Source: Trueperaceae bacterium (lineage in GTDB: Bacteria; Deinococcota; Deinococci; Deinococcales; Trueperaceae). From it: DNA of 64,000 nucleotides. The notes beneath the pieces were generated by a model. That model saw only the letters and a list, made by a program, of their open reading frames with translations, had not been told where the DNA came from and made no database searches. The stretch spans positions 1,024,001-1,088,000 of the forward strand of contig OZ243956.1 of NCBI GenBank assembly GCA_965214405.1, given 5' to 3'. Position 1 is the first letter of the stretch, and each line of letters starts with the position of its first letter. The position numbers were made by a program, and so were the translations under genes. This document shows, one piece after another, positions 10,490 to 21,856 of this stretch.

Positions 10490-11329
10490 GTGAGGTTCTC
10501 GCTCGTGCTAGCGACGCTACACCGCACCACCGAACTCACCGCTTTCTTGGAGTCCCTCGAGGCGCAGTGTTACAATGGTGTTGAACTTATTGTTGTAGAT
10601 CAGAATAAGGATGACCGTCTGGTGACGTTGCTCGAGCCCTTCAAACACGCTTTTCCCATTCTCCATCTCCGTTCCGCGTCGGGGCTTTCTAGAGCGCGCA
10701 ACGTGGGTCTTTGCTACGCAACGGGCGACGTTGTCGCCTTTCCCGATGACGACTGTCGGTACTCACCTATCTTGCTAGAGAACGTTGCCGCGTTTTTTGC
10801 AGAGCACCCAAATGTCGACGGCTTGACAGGCAGAGCTTTCGACGACCAGAGGCGAGTGAGCATCGGGCGTTTCGATGCTCAAACCGGCGCTATAGACAAG
10901 CTCAATGTATGGCGGCGCGGCATATCGTTCAGCATTTTTCTGCGCCGCCAAGCTCTCACCGGCGTGCGTTTTGACGAGACCTTGGGCGTAGGCGCGCGCT
11001 GGGGTTCCGGTGAGGAGACCGATCTTCTTTTGCAGGTTTTGGGGCGAGGTAACACCCTCGTCTACGACGCCGATCTTTCTGTTTTTCATCCTGCTCCCCC
11101 CAAAGGCTATGATGAGCAGCGGATACGCAAGGCCTATCTGTACGGCTGCGGGATGGGGCGCGTTCTAAAAAACCATGACTACCCCTTCTGGTTCAAGCTG
11201 CAGTCGCTCGTCCGCCCCGCTGGGGGCAGCTTATTATCCTTGTTTTCGCTGCGGGTGGCGAAAGCACGATATCACTGGAACGTTTTTAGGGGCCGGTGGT
11301 CAGGCTTCCGGGGAGCAAAAGGTAGCTGA
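10490..11329 (+). CDS. Glycosyltransferase family 2
   Basis: VVDQN, GLSRARNVG, FPDDDC, GSGEETD motifs. Confidence 0.9.
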   Translation: MRFSLVLATLHRTTELTAFLESLEAQCYNGVELIVVDQNKDDRLVTLLEPFKHAFPILHLRSASGLSRARNVGLCYATGDVVAFPDDDCRYSPILLENVAAFFAEHPNVDGLTGRAFDDQRRVSIGRFDAQTGAIDKLNVWRRGISFSIFLRRQALTGVRFDETLGVGARWGSGEETDLLLQVLGRGNTLVYDADLSVFHPAPPKGYDEQRIRKAYLYGCGMGRVLKNHDYPFWFKLQSLVRPAGGSLLSLFSLRVAKARYHWNVFRGRWSGFRGAKGS

Positions 11330-11599
11330 GATGAGGAAAGATGTCTCTTTCAAAGACGGTCAGCCAGGCACTATTCTAGTGCGGCAATTTTGGCAAAAAG
11401 CCTCTACTACCAGATGCTTTATGCCTATTCTGCCTCAGTATTTCCCTTAAAGAATTACATGTTTGACTCGACGTTAAAAGTTTGGCAACTTTTCAAAATC
11501 TAAAAAGCAAGGAGAAAAAATCTTTATGAAAGGGTATAGGTGGTTTCCAGCCGAAACTCAAACACGTTTCGACTTCATTACCTACTTGCGTAACAAACT

Positions 11600-12886
11600 G
11601 TGAAGAGGGTTTTTGCAAACGGACTAAATAAGCTAGATATTTATTTTGCTCTTTGGGCCCTTGTGCTTCCCATGACCTCTGTCCTTTTAGTTCCAAGTGT
11701 CCAGGGAACAACCCCCGCCTTTCTGTTTGCTTTTGCCTCCTTGCCCCTGACTATGATTTTGTCGCCTCACAAAGTAGGACGCGTCTTCTTGTATACACTT
11801 CTCATTTTTGGAAGTGTCATGCTTCTCAGCGCCACAAGTCAGTTCAGCTTGCTGCTAGTCCCCAATCTTAATATCAGCACCCTACAGCTTGTAAACAACG
11901 ACAGTGTGCAGCTTATCTTACGCTCGAGTCTCTTCACTCAGTCTCTTTACCTTGTACCCGGTGTCCTCACTTTCGCCTTTGTAGCTACTTTTTATCAGCC
12001 TACTTGGGATCGCTTTCTCTTTTGGGGTGCCTCCCTACTCGCACTTTACGGCCTTTACGAGTTCATTTTCTTTCTTGTGACCGGCCAAAACGGGGATTTT
12101 CTTAGTAATCGCATCTTTGACGGAGGTTTGTACACTTCGCAAGGCAGCCTCTTTCAAATTTCCAACATAGGTACCTTGCAAGTCATGCGTCTCAAAAGCT
12201 TGACTGGAGAACCTTCCATGTACGCTTTCACCATCCTGCCTTTCTGGATTCATGCCATTCATCGGCGTAAAACGGTTGTCCACCTTCTGCTACTCACGAC
12301 TCTTATCCTTACAACCTCCACGACTGCCATCTTGGGAGTCGCACTTTACTTACTTCTGCGGTTTGGGTATAGCAAACCGCTACGCCGTCTTATTTCTGGT
12401 TTTGCGGACAGGTATCTCTTTTGGTTTTTAGTGCTCGGAGTGGCTGGTACAATAGTTGCGTGGCCGATCGTTCAGAGAGTTCTTGCAGAGGCGGTCGTTG
12501 CCAAGCTAAGCCTGATAAACGATTCAGGTGCGACACGTTCCACCCTTTTTATAAACAGTATAAAGTTTTATGCTGACGCCCCTCTCCTCAACCAACTGTT
12601 TGGCATCGGCTTTGGTTACATACGCTCGACCGACTTTTCTTCAACCCTTTTGGTCAACACCGGAATTGTCGGCTTTTCTTTGTTTACCTTACTTTTTGCC
12701 CGTCCCATCTTGTCTCTTAACAACGACTACGTTTCAGTGGGCCTTAAAATCGCGCTTATCATCATCTATAGCACGATGATGATTGCCGTGCCGGAGTTTG
12801 CCTATCTACCGATCTGGCTTTTTTTGGGCGTAGCGTACCGGACGCTTCGGCAGCAAAGATTTAGACAGCAAAGACTCAGTTCATGA
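11600..12886 (+). CDS. Wzy-like O-antigen/polysaccharide polymerase
   Basis: Multi-TM, AT-rich; RLKSLTGEPS, TTSTTA, SGATR and LFGIGFG motifs. Confidence 0.65.
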   Translation: MKRVFANGLNKLDIYFALWALVLPMTSVLLVPSVQGTTPAFLFAFASLPLTMILSPHKVGRVFLYTLLIFGSVMLLSATSQFSLLLVPNLNISTLQLVNNDSVQLILRSSLFTQSLYLVPGVLTFAFVATFYQPTWDRFLFWGASLLALYGLYEFIFFLVTGQNGDFLSNRIFDGGLYTSQGSLFQISNIGTLQVMRLKSLTGEPSMYAFTILPFWIHAIHRRKTVVHLLLLTTLILTTSTTAILGVALYLLLRFGYSKPLRRLISGFADRYLFWFLVLGVAGTIVAWPIVQRVLAEAVVAKLSLINDSGATRSTLFINSIKFYADAPLLNQLFGIGFGYIRSTDFSSTLLVNTGIVGFSLFTLLFARPILSLNNDYVSVGLKIALIIIYSTMMIAVPEFAYLPIWLFLGVAYRTLRQQRFRQQRLSS

Positions 12887-13950
12887 AAATTTTTATCAAC
12901 GGCAGGTTTCTTACGCAGCCGGTGACCGGCGTGCAGCGCTACGCCATAGAACTTTCGAAACGTCTTAAAGAATGTTCAAACGATATCACCTTTCGTTTTT
13001 TGGCCCCCAACAATATCCTTCACCGCGACCTAGCCGAAACCTTGGGTGCCGAAGTTTGCGGTCGCCTCACGGGCCACGCCTGGGAACAGCTCGAGCTGCC
13101 CCTTTTTGCCCGCGGCGGCTTCTTAGTCAACCTTTGCAACACCGCGCCCGTGAGTAAGACGCGCCAAGTCGTTACGATTCACGACGCGGCGGTTTACGCG
13201 GTGCCTCAGGCTTACTCGAGAAGCTTTCGCACCCTCTACAAAACGCTGTTACCGACCTTATCGAGAACGGCCCAAAGCATCATGACCGTCTCAGAATTTT
13301 CAAAACGCGAGCTCATCCGCTACTGCGGGGTTCCGGAAGATAAAGTCACCGTCGTCTATTCCGGTAGAGAGCATATTTTTGCCCACGCGGCAGACACTGA
13401 GGTCTTTTCCAAACACGGCTTTGGCAACAGGCCTTTTTTATTGGCGGTCAGCAGCCTAAGCCCGAACAAAAATTTTATGGGCATCGTGCGGGCGCTCGAG
13501 CATCTCAGAAACCCCGATTTCGACGTGGTTATCGCAGGCGGCGTCAACCCGGCAGTTTTTAGCCAGCGCGCCGACTTCCTGCCTAAGAGCGTCAAACATT
13601 TAGGTTATGTGAGCGAGGGCGAGTTGAGAGCGCTTTACGAAGGGGCAACCGGCTTTGTCCATCCCGCTTTTTACGAAGGTTTCGGCCTCCCCCCCTTGGA
13701 GGCGATGGCCTGCGGGTGCCCGGTCATTGTCTCGAACGCCGCCTCTTTGCCCGAAGTCTGCGGCGACGCCGCTTTATACTGCGATCCTCACAGCCCACAG
13801 GACATAGCTGATAAAATTCAGCGGTTGATGTCCGACCCAGACCTGCGTGAAAAGTTGCGGCAGAAGGGGCTAAGGCGCGCTGAAAAGTTTAGTTGGAACG
13901 AATGCGCGGTGAGAACGCTCGCTGTTATCAAAGAAATGTTGAGCGCGTGA
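12883..13950 (+). CDS. Glycosyltransferase family 4 (mannosyltransferase-like)
   Basis: [24 protein letters not shown] motifs. Confidence 0.9.
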   Translation: MKIFINGRFLTQPVTGVQRYAIELSKRLKECSNDITFRFLAPNNILHRDLAETLGAEVCGRLTGHAWEQLELPLFARGGFLVNLCNTAPVSKTRQVVTIHDAAVYAVPQAYSRSFRTLYKTLLPTLSRTAQSIMTVSEFSKRELIRYCGVPEDKVTVVYSGREHIFAHAADTEVFSKHGFGNRPFLLAVSSLSPNKNFMGIVRALEHLRNPDFDVVIAGGVNPAVFSQRADFLPKSVKHLGYVSEGELRALYEGATGFVHPAFYEGFGLPPLEAMACGCPVIVSNAASLPEVCGDAALYCDPHSPQDIADKIQRLMSDPDLREKLRQKGLRRAEKFSWNECAVRTLAVIKEMLSA

Positions 13951-15101
13951 GGGTCGCTGTCGTCCACGACTGGCTCTACACCTATGCGGGCGCGGAACGC
14001 GTGCTCGAGCAAATCCTTGAGGTCTTTCCCCGAGCCGACCTTTTTAGCCTCATCGACTTCCTGCCGAACGACGAACGGGGATTTATTCAAAACAAAGCGG
14101 TTAAAACGTCTTTTATTCAGGCTCTCCCTTTCGCCGGGAGCAAACACAGGCTTTATCTGCCCCTGATGCCGCTGGCTATTGAGCGGCTTGACTTGTCAGA
14201 GTACGAGCTCATTATTTCTAGCGCTTACGCGGTGGCTAAGGGCGTTCTTACCTCGCCGGAGCAGCTCCATATCTGCTATTTGCACGCGAGGAACCTCAAA
14301 TATGCTTACGAAGACAGACGCATGTACAGCCAAAACAAATATATCGACTTTCTACAAGATGTGTTTCTGTCGCGTATTCGCCTCTGGGACAGCGTGGCCT
14401 CACGCAGACCGGACTTTACCATTGCCAATTCACACTATGTTTCGGCTTGGCACCTTCACCGGCATGGGGTAAAGAGCACCGTTATCTATCCTCCCGTCGA
14501 GGTCGAACATTACAGCAGCCATTTTAGAGCGGAAAAAGAGGATTACTACGTGACGGTAGGGCGCCTGGAGCCTTATAAACGCATAGACATGGTCGTTTCT
14601 GCTTTTAACGAGCTTGGTAAGACCTTACTCGTTTTGGGCGACGGCTCCGAAAGGCGACGCTTGGAAACCCTCGCAGCCCCTAACGTGACTTTTTTAGGCT
14701 ACTGTGACAGGGAAACCATCGCCAGCGTGACCGCTGGGGCCAAAGCGTTTGTCTTCGCTTCGCGTGAGGACTTTGGCATCGCGCCTGTCGAAGCGCAAGC
14801 CTGTGGCACGCCGGTCATTGCCTATGGCAAGGGGGGAGCACTCGAGACCGTCCAAGGGCTCGGGACAGAACGTCCAACCGGCGTCTTTTTCCCCTCGCAA
14901 ACGTCTGCGGCCATCAAAGAGGCTATAGAAACATTTGAACGCAGCGCAGCGCGCTTTGACCCGGAGAGGATTTCTAACCACGCTCAGGCTTTTAGCGAAG
15001 CGCGCTTTCGGCGTGAATTTGAGGCTTTTGTGACCGAGTGCTGGCGAGGGTTTCAAACCCAGACAGAGACTCATAGTGCGCCTCACGTCACGCAGAGCTA
15101 A
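13947..15101 (+). CDS. Glycosyltransferase family 4 (WbaZ-like)
   Basis: HDWL..AGAERV, GRLEPYKR, EDFGIAPVEAQACG; GTG start at 13947 overlaps the upstream TGA. Confidence 0.9.
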   Translation: MRVAVVHDWLYTYAGAERVLEQILEVFPRADLFSLIDFLPNDERGFIQNKAVKTSFIQALPFAGSKHRLYLPLMPLAIERLDLSEYELIISSAYAVAKGVLTSPEQLHICYLHARNLKYAYEDRRMYSQNKYIDFLQDVFLSRIRLWDSVASRRPDFTIANSHYVSAWHLHRHGVKSTVIYPPVEVEHYSSHFRAEKEDYYVTVGRLEPYKRIDMVVSAFNELGKTLLVLGDGSERRRLETLAAPNVTFLGYCDRETIASVTAGAKAFVFASREDFGIAPVEAQACGTPVIAYGKGGALETVQGLGTERPTGVFFPSQTSAAIKEAIETFERSAARFDPERISNHAQAFSEARFRREFEAFVTECWRGFQTQTETHSAPHVTQS

Positions 15102-15106
15102 ACACT

Positions 15107-16927
15107 GTGCGCTCACGCTTATTGCGCCTACACCTAAAAAAGTCATGGCTCTGGCTCTGGCTGCTCCCGGCTTTCGTCTTGACGGCGAGCCACGTTGCCG
15201 AAGCTCGCTGGCACGCGGCTTATGAGGTGGCGGGGCAGTTCGTTTTGGCGCTCGCGGTGAGCGCGCTGGTTGTGCCCGTCAGGGTGCTACGCCCCGCGCT
15301 CGTCGCTGTACTTATTTTTTTCCTTCTTGCGGCGGTTTCGGGTCCCCTCCTGGCCTCGCGCGTTTGGCAAGACCCGCAGGCGCTCAGCCTCACGGACGTA
15401 GCAGCGAATCTTAGGCACAACGTAGTGACCACCTTAGCCTTGCGCTCATGGATGTTACCCGCAGGTGTAGAGAGGCTCGAGCTCTCCTTCGAAGCGCGCC
15501 TTGCCAAAGGAGCGTTGGGTTGGGACTGGTTTCGCTCATCGGGCGGGTTTGAACTCACGCCTTTGGAAGAAAACGGCACCCCATTTACACGCGTCGTCAC
15601 GCCGCGCGGGGTCGACCCTTATCTCATGCGGACATTTGACTTAGGTAGCCCAGCGGGCGGTAGAACATTTAAGGTCGAGCTCGAGATGCGTTCACCCAGC
15701 CCCATCCCGGCAGAAGGGTGTCGGGGGACTTGGTTGCAAACCTGGGGTCCCGGCGGTGACGCAGCGTGTAAAGCCGCAAACCTCGGTCCCGGCTGGCGTT
15801 CGATTGAACTCACATGGACCGCCCCGGCAGCCTCGGAATCGTCTATCATTCGCATTGTCCTGAACGATTTCGACGGTCTGAGTTATGACGTGCGCAACGT
15901 TAAACTTTATGAGCTTACGGGTGGACGCGAGAGGAGGCTCGAGCCCACACTCCAAGAAGTCGCAGATTTAGCCGTAAATTGGGGCGAGACCGAACCCAAC
16001 GTAGGGCGATGGTTCGTCCCAACGAACGAGTGGCAGACCTTTAACTTTTTGCTCGAGCCTCCCCGGAACGCGTCTTCTTTGCAGGCGCTCCTTCTCTTGG
16101 GAAGCACGCAGAGTTTGGGCACGCAGGTCGAGGTGCGGGGTACAAAACTCGAGAACGCGAACGGGCCGCAGCCCATACCCGTTCCCACCTACCCCCGCGC
16201 TCAACTCTGGTTCAGCCATCCCAATCTGGCGGCCCACACGCTTCTGAGCCTGGTTTTGGCAACGCTCGTAACGACAAGTTCGCTCGGCCTCACGCTCGTC
16301 GTCTCGAGCCTGGCGGCGTTCACGGTCGTTTTAATTCGCTCCAGGGCCGCCTGGCTCGCTTTGCTACTGGGGGCGGGCTGGTTCTCTTTTCTTACGCCCC
16401 CCCTCACATCCCGGCGGCGGCTGGGCGTGCTTCTCGCCGTGGTTATTTTGATAGGCGCGGGCATCTTCAGCGTGAACAGCTTTAGAAGCGGCGTTTTCGC
16501 CAACCGCACGGGGACGAGTCGGCTCGAGATTTGGGGGGTCGCCGCGAACGCGCTTCTTGATCATCCCTGGGCAGGCGTTGGCCGGGCCAACTTCACCGGA
16601 TATTGGCAGGAGGCGTATCAAGGGAGCAGTCAAGAACTTGTGACCCACGCGCACAACCTCTGGCTCCAATTCGCCGCCGCCTACGGCCTCCCCGGCCTCG
16701 CCGCTATTTTGTGGCTCACCGGAGGTTTTCTCACTCTCGCTTGGACCTGGGGCCGCTGGCGCGGTCTCGCTCTCGTCGTCCCAGTTTTCGTCATGAACAT
16801 TTTTGACTACACTTTTTTCTACTCCGGCGTCCTCTTCCCGCTCCTCTTGGGCATGAACGCGCTCCGGGAAGAACGCGCGAACACTTTACAGGCCGCCGCG
16901 CCCCCTCCGGCTACAGAAAAGGCATAA
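15107..16927 (+). CDS. O-antigen ligase (Wzy_C) family protein with large extracytoplasmic beta-rich domain
   Basis: HPNLAA, SRAAWL, RLEIW, PWAGVG and HAHNLWL motifs; soluble stretch of about 270 aa after the N-terminal TMs. Confidence 0.75.
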   Translation: MRSRLLRLHLKKSWLWLWLLPAFVLTASHVAEARWHAAYEVAGQFVLALAVSALVVPVRVLRPALVAVLIFFLLAAVSGPLLASRVWQDPQALSLTDVAANLRHNVVTTLALRSWMLPAGVERLELSFEARLAKGALGWDWFRSSGGFELTPLEENGTPFTRVVTPRGVDPYLMRTFDLGSPAGGRTFKVELEMRSPSPIPAEGCRGTWLQTWGPGGDAACKAANLGPGWRSIELTWTAPAASESSIIRIVLNDFDGLSYDVRNVKLYELTGGRERRLEPTLQEVADLAVNWGETEPNVGRWFVPTNEWQTFNFLLEPPRNASSLQALLLLGSTQSLGTQVEVRGTKLENANGPQPIPVPTYPRAQLWFSHPNLAAHTLLSLVLATLVTTSSLGLTLVVSSLAAFTVVLIRSRAAWLALLLGAGWFSFLTPPLTSRRRLGVLLAVVILIGAGIFSVNSFRSGVFANRTGTSRLEIWGVAANALLDHPWAGVGRANFTGYWQEAYQGSSQELVTHAHNLWLQFAAAYGLPGLAAILWLTGGFLTLAWTWGRWRGLALVVPVFVMNIFDYTFFYSGVLFPLLLGMNALREERANTLQAAAPPPATEKA

Positions 16928-16984
16928 TGGGATGCGTTGCGAGGGTAGCACATGACGACTTTGGGTAATCACTTTGGGTAATTC

Positions 16985-19474
16985 ATGACAACGGCTCTAG
17001 GCAAAAGCGTCCCCTTCTTGCTGGGCTTCGGCTTCGCGCTGCTGCCCAACGTCGGCCCCTTTGTCGGCCTCTTGTTTCTTTTCGCCGACAGGTGGCCGCT
17101 CAGGCGCTCCGACGGGCTCTGGTGGGGCGCGGCTTTGTTGCTCGCGCTGCCCCTGGCGGTTCACGGCGGGGTGCGCGGCTTTCTGTTCGGTGCGCTCCAG
17201 GTGCTCGCGCCCTGGCTCATCTACCGAACCTTTGCGCGCCTCTACGCTGAACGCGCGGCGGTGCGCGGCTCGTTTATGGGGCTGGGTCTGCTCTCGGGGC
17301 TGGCGCTCGTCGTGGGGTTAGGCTTTCTGCATGGCAGTGGGTTCGGGGGGACCTCGAGACTCGCCCAAACCCTCGTTTGGGACGCGAATACCAACCTCTA
17401 TGGTCACACCGTGTTTTTGCTCGGCTCGCTCTTCGCGCTCCTCCTATCCAGCACGCGGCTCCGCCTCCTAAGCCTCGCGCTCGCAGCGTTAGGCGTGCTC
17501 GCGTCGGGAAGCCCGGAGGCGCTGCTTGCTTGGCTCGCCGTTGCCGCGGCTCTACTTTTTTTGGGTTATACAAAGTCGTGGCGGGGTCGTGCGGCGCACG
17601 TCGCGCTCATCGCCGCGGTCTCCTTTATGGCGCTCCGCGTCTCGCCTGCTAGCTTGTGGAATCTGCCGGGTCCCTTGAGACTCGCCTACTGGGGGGCTGC
17701 ATGGGAGGGCTTTCTTACGCGCCCCCTGTGGGGCTGGGGCGAAACGGCCTTTGCGAACTACTATCATGTTGTCTGGTCCGCGTTCGACCCCACTTACGCG
17801 GTGCCGTCGCACGCGCACAATTTAGGGTTGCACGTGCTGTTCTCGAGGGGCTTAGTCGGCTTTCTGGGCCTCCTGCTCCTCGTCGCCGCGCTCACCTGGG
17901 CCGCCCTCAAAAGCCGCGATCTGCCCTTTTTGAGCGTGGTCGCCGCGCTTTTGGTCGCCAACACCTTTGACGCCACGCTTTTTTACGGCGGCGTCATCTA
18001 TCCGCTGGCGGCGGTGGCGGGCTGGCGTTCGGCTTCCTATGCGCGGGCGCGCGAAAGGGCAGGCGGGGCGCAGGGGGGGGTGGTGCGTTTTGCGCTGGCG
18101 GCGGCGGACTTTGGCGCGGCGGGACTCGCGCTGGGGCTGGCTCTGCTTTTACGAGGCTGGCTTGGCCTCTTTTTGGATTCGCCGCTCGTGACGCCTCCGA
18201 ATCTGCAAACGGCCTTTTACGCGCTCCTCCTCTGGCCCGCGATGGCCTGGCGTGAAGGGCTTTATCCCGGTTACGGCCTCACCGCACCCCAGGAACTGCG
18301 TAAGGGCGTCTCGAGCGCCGCCTATGCCGGGCTCATCTTGATGGCGGGGACGCTGCTTTTTTACGAAGAACTCCTCCCCCGCTCCGTTTTTCTCCTCACC
18401 ACTCTCCTGACGATGGTGTTTTGCCCCGTGGGCCGCGCATTCGTAAAACGCGCGCTGCACGCGTTCGGCCTGTGGGGCCGTCCCGTGGTCATTTTGGGCG
18501 CGGGGCAGGCGGGGCGACGGGTGGCGCGCGCGCTGCGGCGGCGGCCTCTGGACGGCCTCGAGCCCGTCGCCTTTTTCGACGACGACGCGGGTAAGCAGGG
18601 GCTTCTCTTTGAGGGCGTCAGGGTCCGCGGAAGCTTGGGCGAGGCCAACGCGTACGCTCTGGCCCGCGGCGTCTCGCACGCCATCGTCGCCATCCCCACC
18701 GCCTCGTCCGAGGAGTTGGCGGGGCTCGTCAACGGGCGCGGGCACGTGTTTAAGCGGGTGCAGTTCGTGCCCAACCTTGCCGGGTTGCCCTCTCGAGAGG
18801 TCTACGCGAGCGACCTCGACGGGATGCTGGCGCTAGAAGTCCGTAGCGGCCTCTACGCCCCCGCCAACAGGCTTGCCAAACGCGCGCTGGACCTTCTCGG
18901 CGGCGGCGTGTGTACGCTCCTCGCTTCGCCCCTCCTCCTCGCGCTCGCCCTGTGGATACGCCTCGACAGCCCTGGCCCTGCGTTTTATGAGAGCGCGCGC
19001 ATCGGACAAGGGGGCGAGACCTTCCGCTGTCTCAAATTCCGCACCATGTACAAAGACGCCGACGCGCGTTTGGGCGACCTCATGAGCACCGACCCCGGTA
19101 TCTTTGAGGAGTACACGCGCTACCACAAACTTCAAGAGGACCCGCGCGTCACCCCGGCGGGCCGTTTTTTGCGCCGCACCAGCCTCGACGAGTTGCCGCA
19201 ACTCTTTAACGTGCTGACCGGCGAGATGAGCTTGGTCGGCCCCCGCCCCTACCTCACGCGCGAACGAAGCGATATGGGTGAACGTGCGCCCGCTATTCTC
19301 GAGGCCAAACCCGGCGTGACCGGTTACTGGCAGGTCTCGGGCCGCAACGAGATTACGTTTGAGGACAGGCTCGAGATGGAAGCGCATTATGTGCGCAACT
19401 GGTCGATTTGGTGGGATATCGTCATCCTGACGCAGACCGCGGCGGCGGTGCTGGGGCGGCAGGGGGCACGCTAG
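16985..19474 (+). CDS. Fusion: O-antigen ligase (Wzy_C) domain + WbaP/WcaJ-type undecaprenyl-phosphate sugar phosphotransferase
   Basis: N-half has PLWGWG and HAHN; C-half has [40 protein letters not shown] and PGVTGYWQ; single open frame. Confidence 0.85.
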   Translation: MTTALGKSVPFLLGFGFALLPNVGPFVGLLFLFADRWPLRRSDGLWWGAALLLALPLAVHGGVRGFLFGALQVLAPWLIYRTFARLYAERAAVRGSFMGLGLLSGLALVVGLGFLHGSGFGGTSRLAQTLVWDANTNLYGHTVFLLGSLFALLLSSTRLRLLSLALAALGVLASGSPEALLAWLAVAAALLFLGYTKSWRGRAAHVALIAAVSFMALRVSPASLWNLPGPLRLAYWGAAWEGFLTRPLWGWGETAFANYYHVVWSAFDPTYAVPSHAHNLGLHVLFSRGLVGFLGLLLLVAALTWAALKSRDLPFLSVVAALLVANTFDATLFYGGVIYPLAAVAGWRSASYARARERAGGAQGGVVRFALAAADFGAAGLALGLALLLRGWLGLFLDSPLVTPPNLQTAFYALLLWPAMAWREGLYPGYGLTAPQELRKGVSSAAYAGLILMAGTLLFYEELLPRSVFLLTTLLTMVFCPVGRAFVKRALHAFGLWGRPVVILGAGQAGRRVARALRRRPLDGLEPVAFFDDDAGKQGLLFEGVRVRGSLGEANAYALARGVSHAIVAIPTASSEELAGLVNGRGHVFKRVQFVPNLAGLPSREVYASDLDGMLALEVRSGLYAPANRLAKRALDLLGGGVCTLLASPLLLALALWIRLDSPGPAFYESARIGQGGETFRCLKFRTMYKDADARLGDLMSTDPGIFEEYTRYHKLQEDPRVTPAGRFLRRTSLDELPQLFNVLTGEMSLVGPRPYLTRERSDMGERAPAILEAKPGVTGYWQVSGRNEITFEDRLEMEAHYVRNWSIWWDIVILTQTAAAVLGRQGAR

Positions 19475-19493
19475 CCATGCTAGAGTAGGCCAC

Positions 19494-20357
19494 GTGAAAG
19501 GCATCATCCTAGCAGGCGGCGCGGGCACGCGTCTCTACCCCGCCACTCGAGCCGTGTCCAAACAGCTCCTGCCCGTCTACGACAAACCAATGATCTACTA
19601 CCCCATTTCAGTTTTGATGCTCGCGGGCATCCGCGACATTCTGGTTATCTCGACGCCGCACGACCTCCCGTTTTTCCGCCGTCTCTTGGGGGATGGCTCG
19701 CAGTGGGGGCTCGCTTTTTCGTACGCCGAGCAGCCCCGGCCCGAGGGGCTGGCGCAGGCGCTGGTGATAGGCCGCGAGTTTGTGGAGGAGGATTCGGTCT
19801 GTCTCATCCTGGGCGACAACATCTTTTTCGGTCAGAGCTTTGGCGCGCACCTCAAAAGGGCGGCGGCGCGCGAAACGGGCGCGACCGTGTTCGGCTATTA
19901 CGTGAGAGACCCTGAGCGCTACGGGGTGGTCGAGTTTGACGGGGACGGCAAGGCCGTAAGCATCGAGGAGAAGCCCGCGAGGCCCAAGTCGCACTACGCC
20001 ATTACCGGCCTCTACTTTTATGACAACGAAGTGTTGGAGTTTGTTAAAGACCTCACCCCCTCCCCAAGGGGCGAACTGGAAATTACCGACGTCAACAAGA
20101 TGTATTTGGCGCGGGGCGCGCTCCGCGTCGAAATGATGGGCCGCGGGATGGCCTGGCTGGACACGGGCACGCACGAATCGCTCTTGCAGGCGTCCAACTT
20201 TGTCGAGACCATCGAGCAGCGGCAGGGGCTCAAGATCGCCTGTTTGGAAGAAGTCGCCTACCGGCAGGGCTGGATAGACGCTGCGGAGGTTGAAAAGCTC
20301 GCCCGGCCAATGGCAAAAACGGGCTACGGGGCGTATCTGCTCGAGCTTATCCGCTAG
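19494..20357 (+). CDS. rfbA: Glucose-1-phosphate thymidylyltransferase
   Basis: [35 protein letters not shown] motifs. Confidence 0.97.
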   Translation: MKGIILAGGAGTRLYPATRAVSKQLLPVYDKPMIYYPISVLMLAGIRDILVISTPHDLPFFRRLLGDGSQWGLAFSYAEQPRPEGLAQALVIGREFVEEDSVCLILGDNIFFGQSFGAHLKRAAARETGATVFGYYVRDPERYGVVEFDGDGKAVSIEEKPARPKSHYAITGLYFYDNEVLEFVKDLTPSPRGELEITDVNKMYLARGALRVEMMGRGMAWLDTGTHESLLQASNFVETIEQRQGLKIACLEEVAYRQGWIDAAEVEKLARPMAKTGYGAYLLELIR

Positions 20358-20470
20358 CGTAACCATAACGTGAGGGTTGCCGGGAGACGCGTGTAAAGTA
20401 GTGGGTATTATCACTTCACGGCTTCGGGTGAAACCTCCCCTGCTAACTTTTGCCGCTTGAAGGAGGGATC

Positions 20471-21211
20471 GTGAAAATCTTACTTACGGGCGGCTCGGGG
20501 CGGTTGGGGAGCGCTTTGCAAGAGCTTCTTCCGGACGTCGTTGCACCCTCGAGCACCGAACTCGACGTGACGGACGAAAGAAGCGTGGGACGGGCGCTCG
20601 AGCACCACCAACCCGACCTCATCGTCCACGCCGCCGCCTACACCGACGTCAAGGGGGCCGAAGGTGCGCGCGAACGCTGCTGGCGCACCAACGTGGGCGG
20701 CACGCGCGCCCTCGTCCGGGCGCTTGGCAACTGCCGCCTCGTTCATATTTCGACGGACTACGTGTTTTATGGTGACACGGGCGGCTACAAAGAGGACGAC
20801 CCAGTGGGGCCGGTCCGAAACTACTACGCGCTCTCCAAGCTCGCCGCCGAGGCGGTGGCGCGCGTGGCGGCGCGGTGTTTGGTCGTGCGCTCGAGCTTTC
20901 GCCCCAACGAGTGGCCCTACCCCGTCGCCTTTAGCGACGTGTACACAAGTCAAGATTATCTGGACGTCATCGCGCCCGACATCGCGCTCGCGGTGAGGCA
21001 CGTGGAAGATATCCCCTTTGACACGTTGCACATCGCCACGGAACGCAAGAGCGTCTACGACCTCGCCCGCCGCCGCAAACCCGACGTGACGCGGGGTTCT
21101 AAGACAGAGGCGGGCGTCGCGCTGCCCGACGACATCAGCTTAAACACCGAACGCTGGCAGGCGCTCAAGGGGACGCTTCCTCAAAATCCTGTCCAAAAGG
21201 AACCCGCATGA
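20471..21211 (+). CDS. rfbD: dTDP-4-dehydrorhamnose reductase (RmlD family)
   Basis: TGGSGRLG, HAAAYTDV, ISTDYVF, YALSK; RBS GGAGG before GTG 20471. Confidence 0.85.
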   Translation: MKILLTGGSGRLGSALQELLPDVVAPSSTELDVTDERSVGRALEHHQPDLIVHAAAYTDVKGAEGARERCWRTNVGGTRALVRALGNCRLVHISTDYVFYGDTGGYKEDDPVGPVRNYYALSKLAAEAVARVAARCLVVRSSFRPNEWPYPVAFSDVYTSQDYLDVIAPDIALAVRHVEDIPFDTLHIATERKSVYDLARRRKPDVTRGSKTEAGVALPDDISLNTERWQALKGTLPQNPVQKEPA

Positions 21212-21741
21212 CCAAGCTCTCCTCATCCGTCACCGACGCGCTCACCTTTCAAAGCTACGCGCCCGCGCCCGCCATTGAAGGTGTCTGGACCTCGCCGCTT
21301 CGCAAGAGCCGGAGCGACAACGGCAGTTTTATGGAGTACGTGCGGCTGTCAGAAGGGAGCGTCGAGGATGCAGAAGGTTTTACCGCCCGCCAAATTAGCG
21401 TGTCGGAGGCCGCGCCGGGCCGCGTCAACGCGTTTCACATTCATCCGAGAGAGCCGCAAAACGAACTCTGGACGGTGATTACCGGCCTCCTCAAAATCTG
21501 GCTCGTGGACCTCCGCGAGGGCTCCCCCACCGAGGGCGTCAAACGAATGTTCGTTCTCTCCGGTGAGGCTCCCATAAGGCTCTTTATTCCTGCGGGCGTG
21601 GCCCACGGCTACCGAGCGGGGCCGGAGGGCGCGACGCTCCTTTACGTGATGGACAAGCAGTTCGACCTCGAGCACCCCAACGAGGGCCGCTTGCCCTGGG
21701 ATTTTTTTGGGGCGGAGCTTTGGGAGGAAGACCGGGGTTAG
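21208..21741 (+). CDS. rfbC: dTDP-4-dehydrorhamnose 3,5-epimerase (RmlC cupin)
   Basis: AFHIH, LVDLREGSPT, IPAGVAHGY motifs. Confidence 0.85.
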   Translation: MTKLSSSVTDALTFQSYAPAPAIEGVWTSPLRKSRSDNGSFMEYVRLSEGSVEDAEGFTARQISVSEAAPGRVNAFHIHPREPQNELWTVITGLLKIWLVDLREGSPTEGVKRMFVLSGEAPIRLFIPAGVAHGYRAGPEGATLLYVMDKQFDLEHPNEGRLPWDFFGAELWEEDRG

Positions 21742-21856
21742 GTGAGCTACTGTCTGTACGGACGCGCACCGCAAACGACGCTTCACCTGGCGCTAAAGGT
21801 TCCAGGGCTCTGGCTTGCATCTCGTTAAGGTCTGGCTGAAGCCCGCGGGTTCGGTG

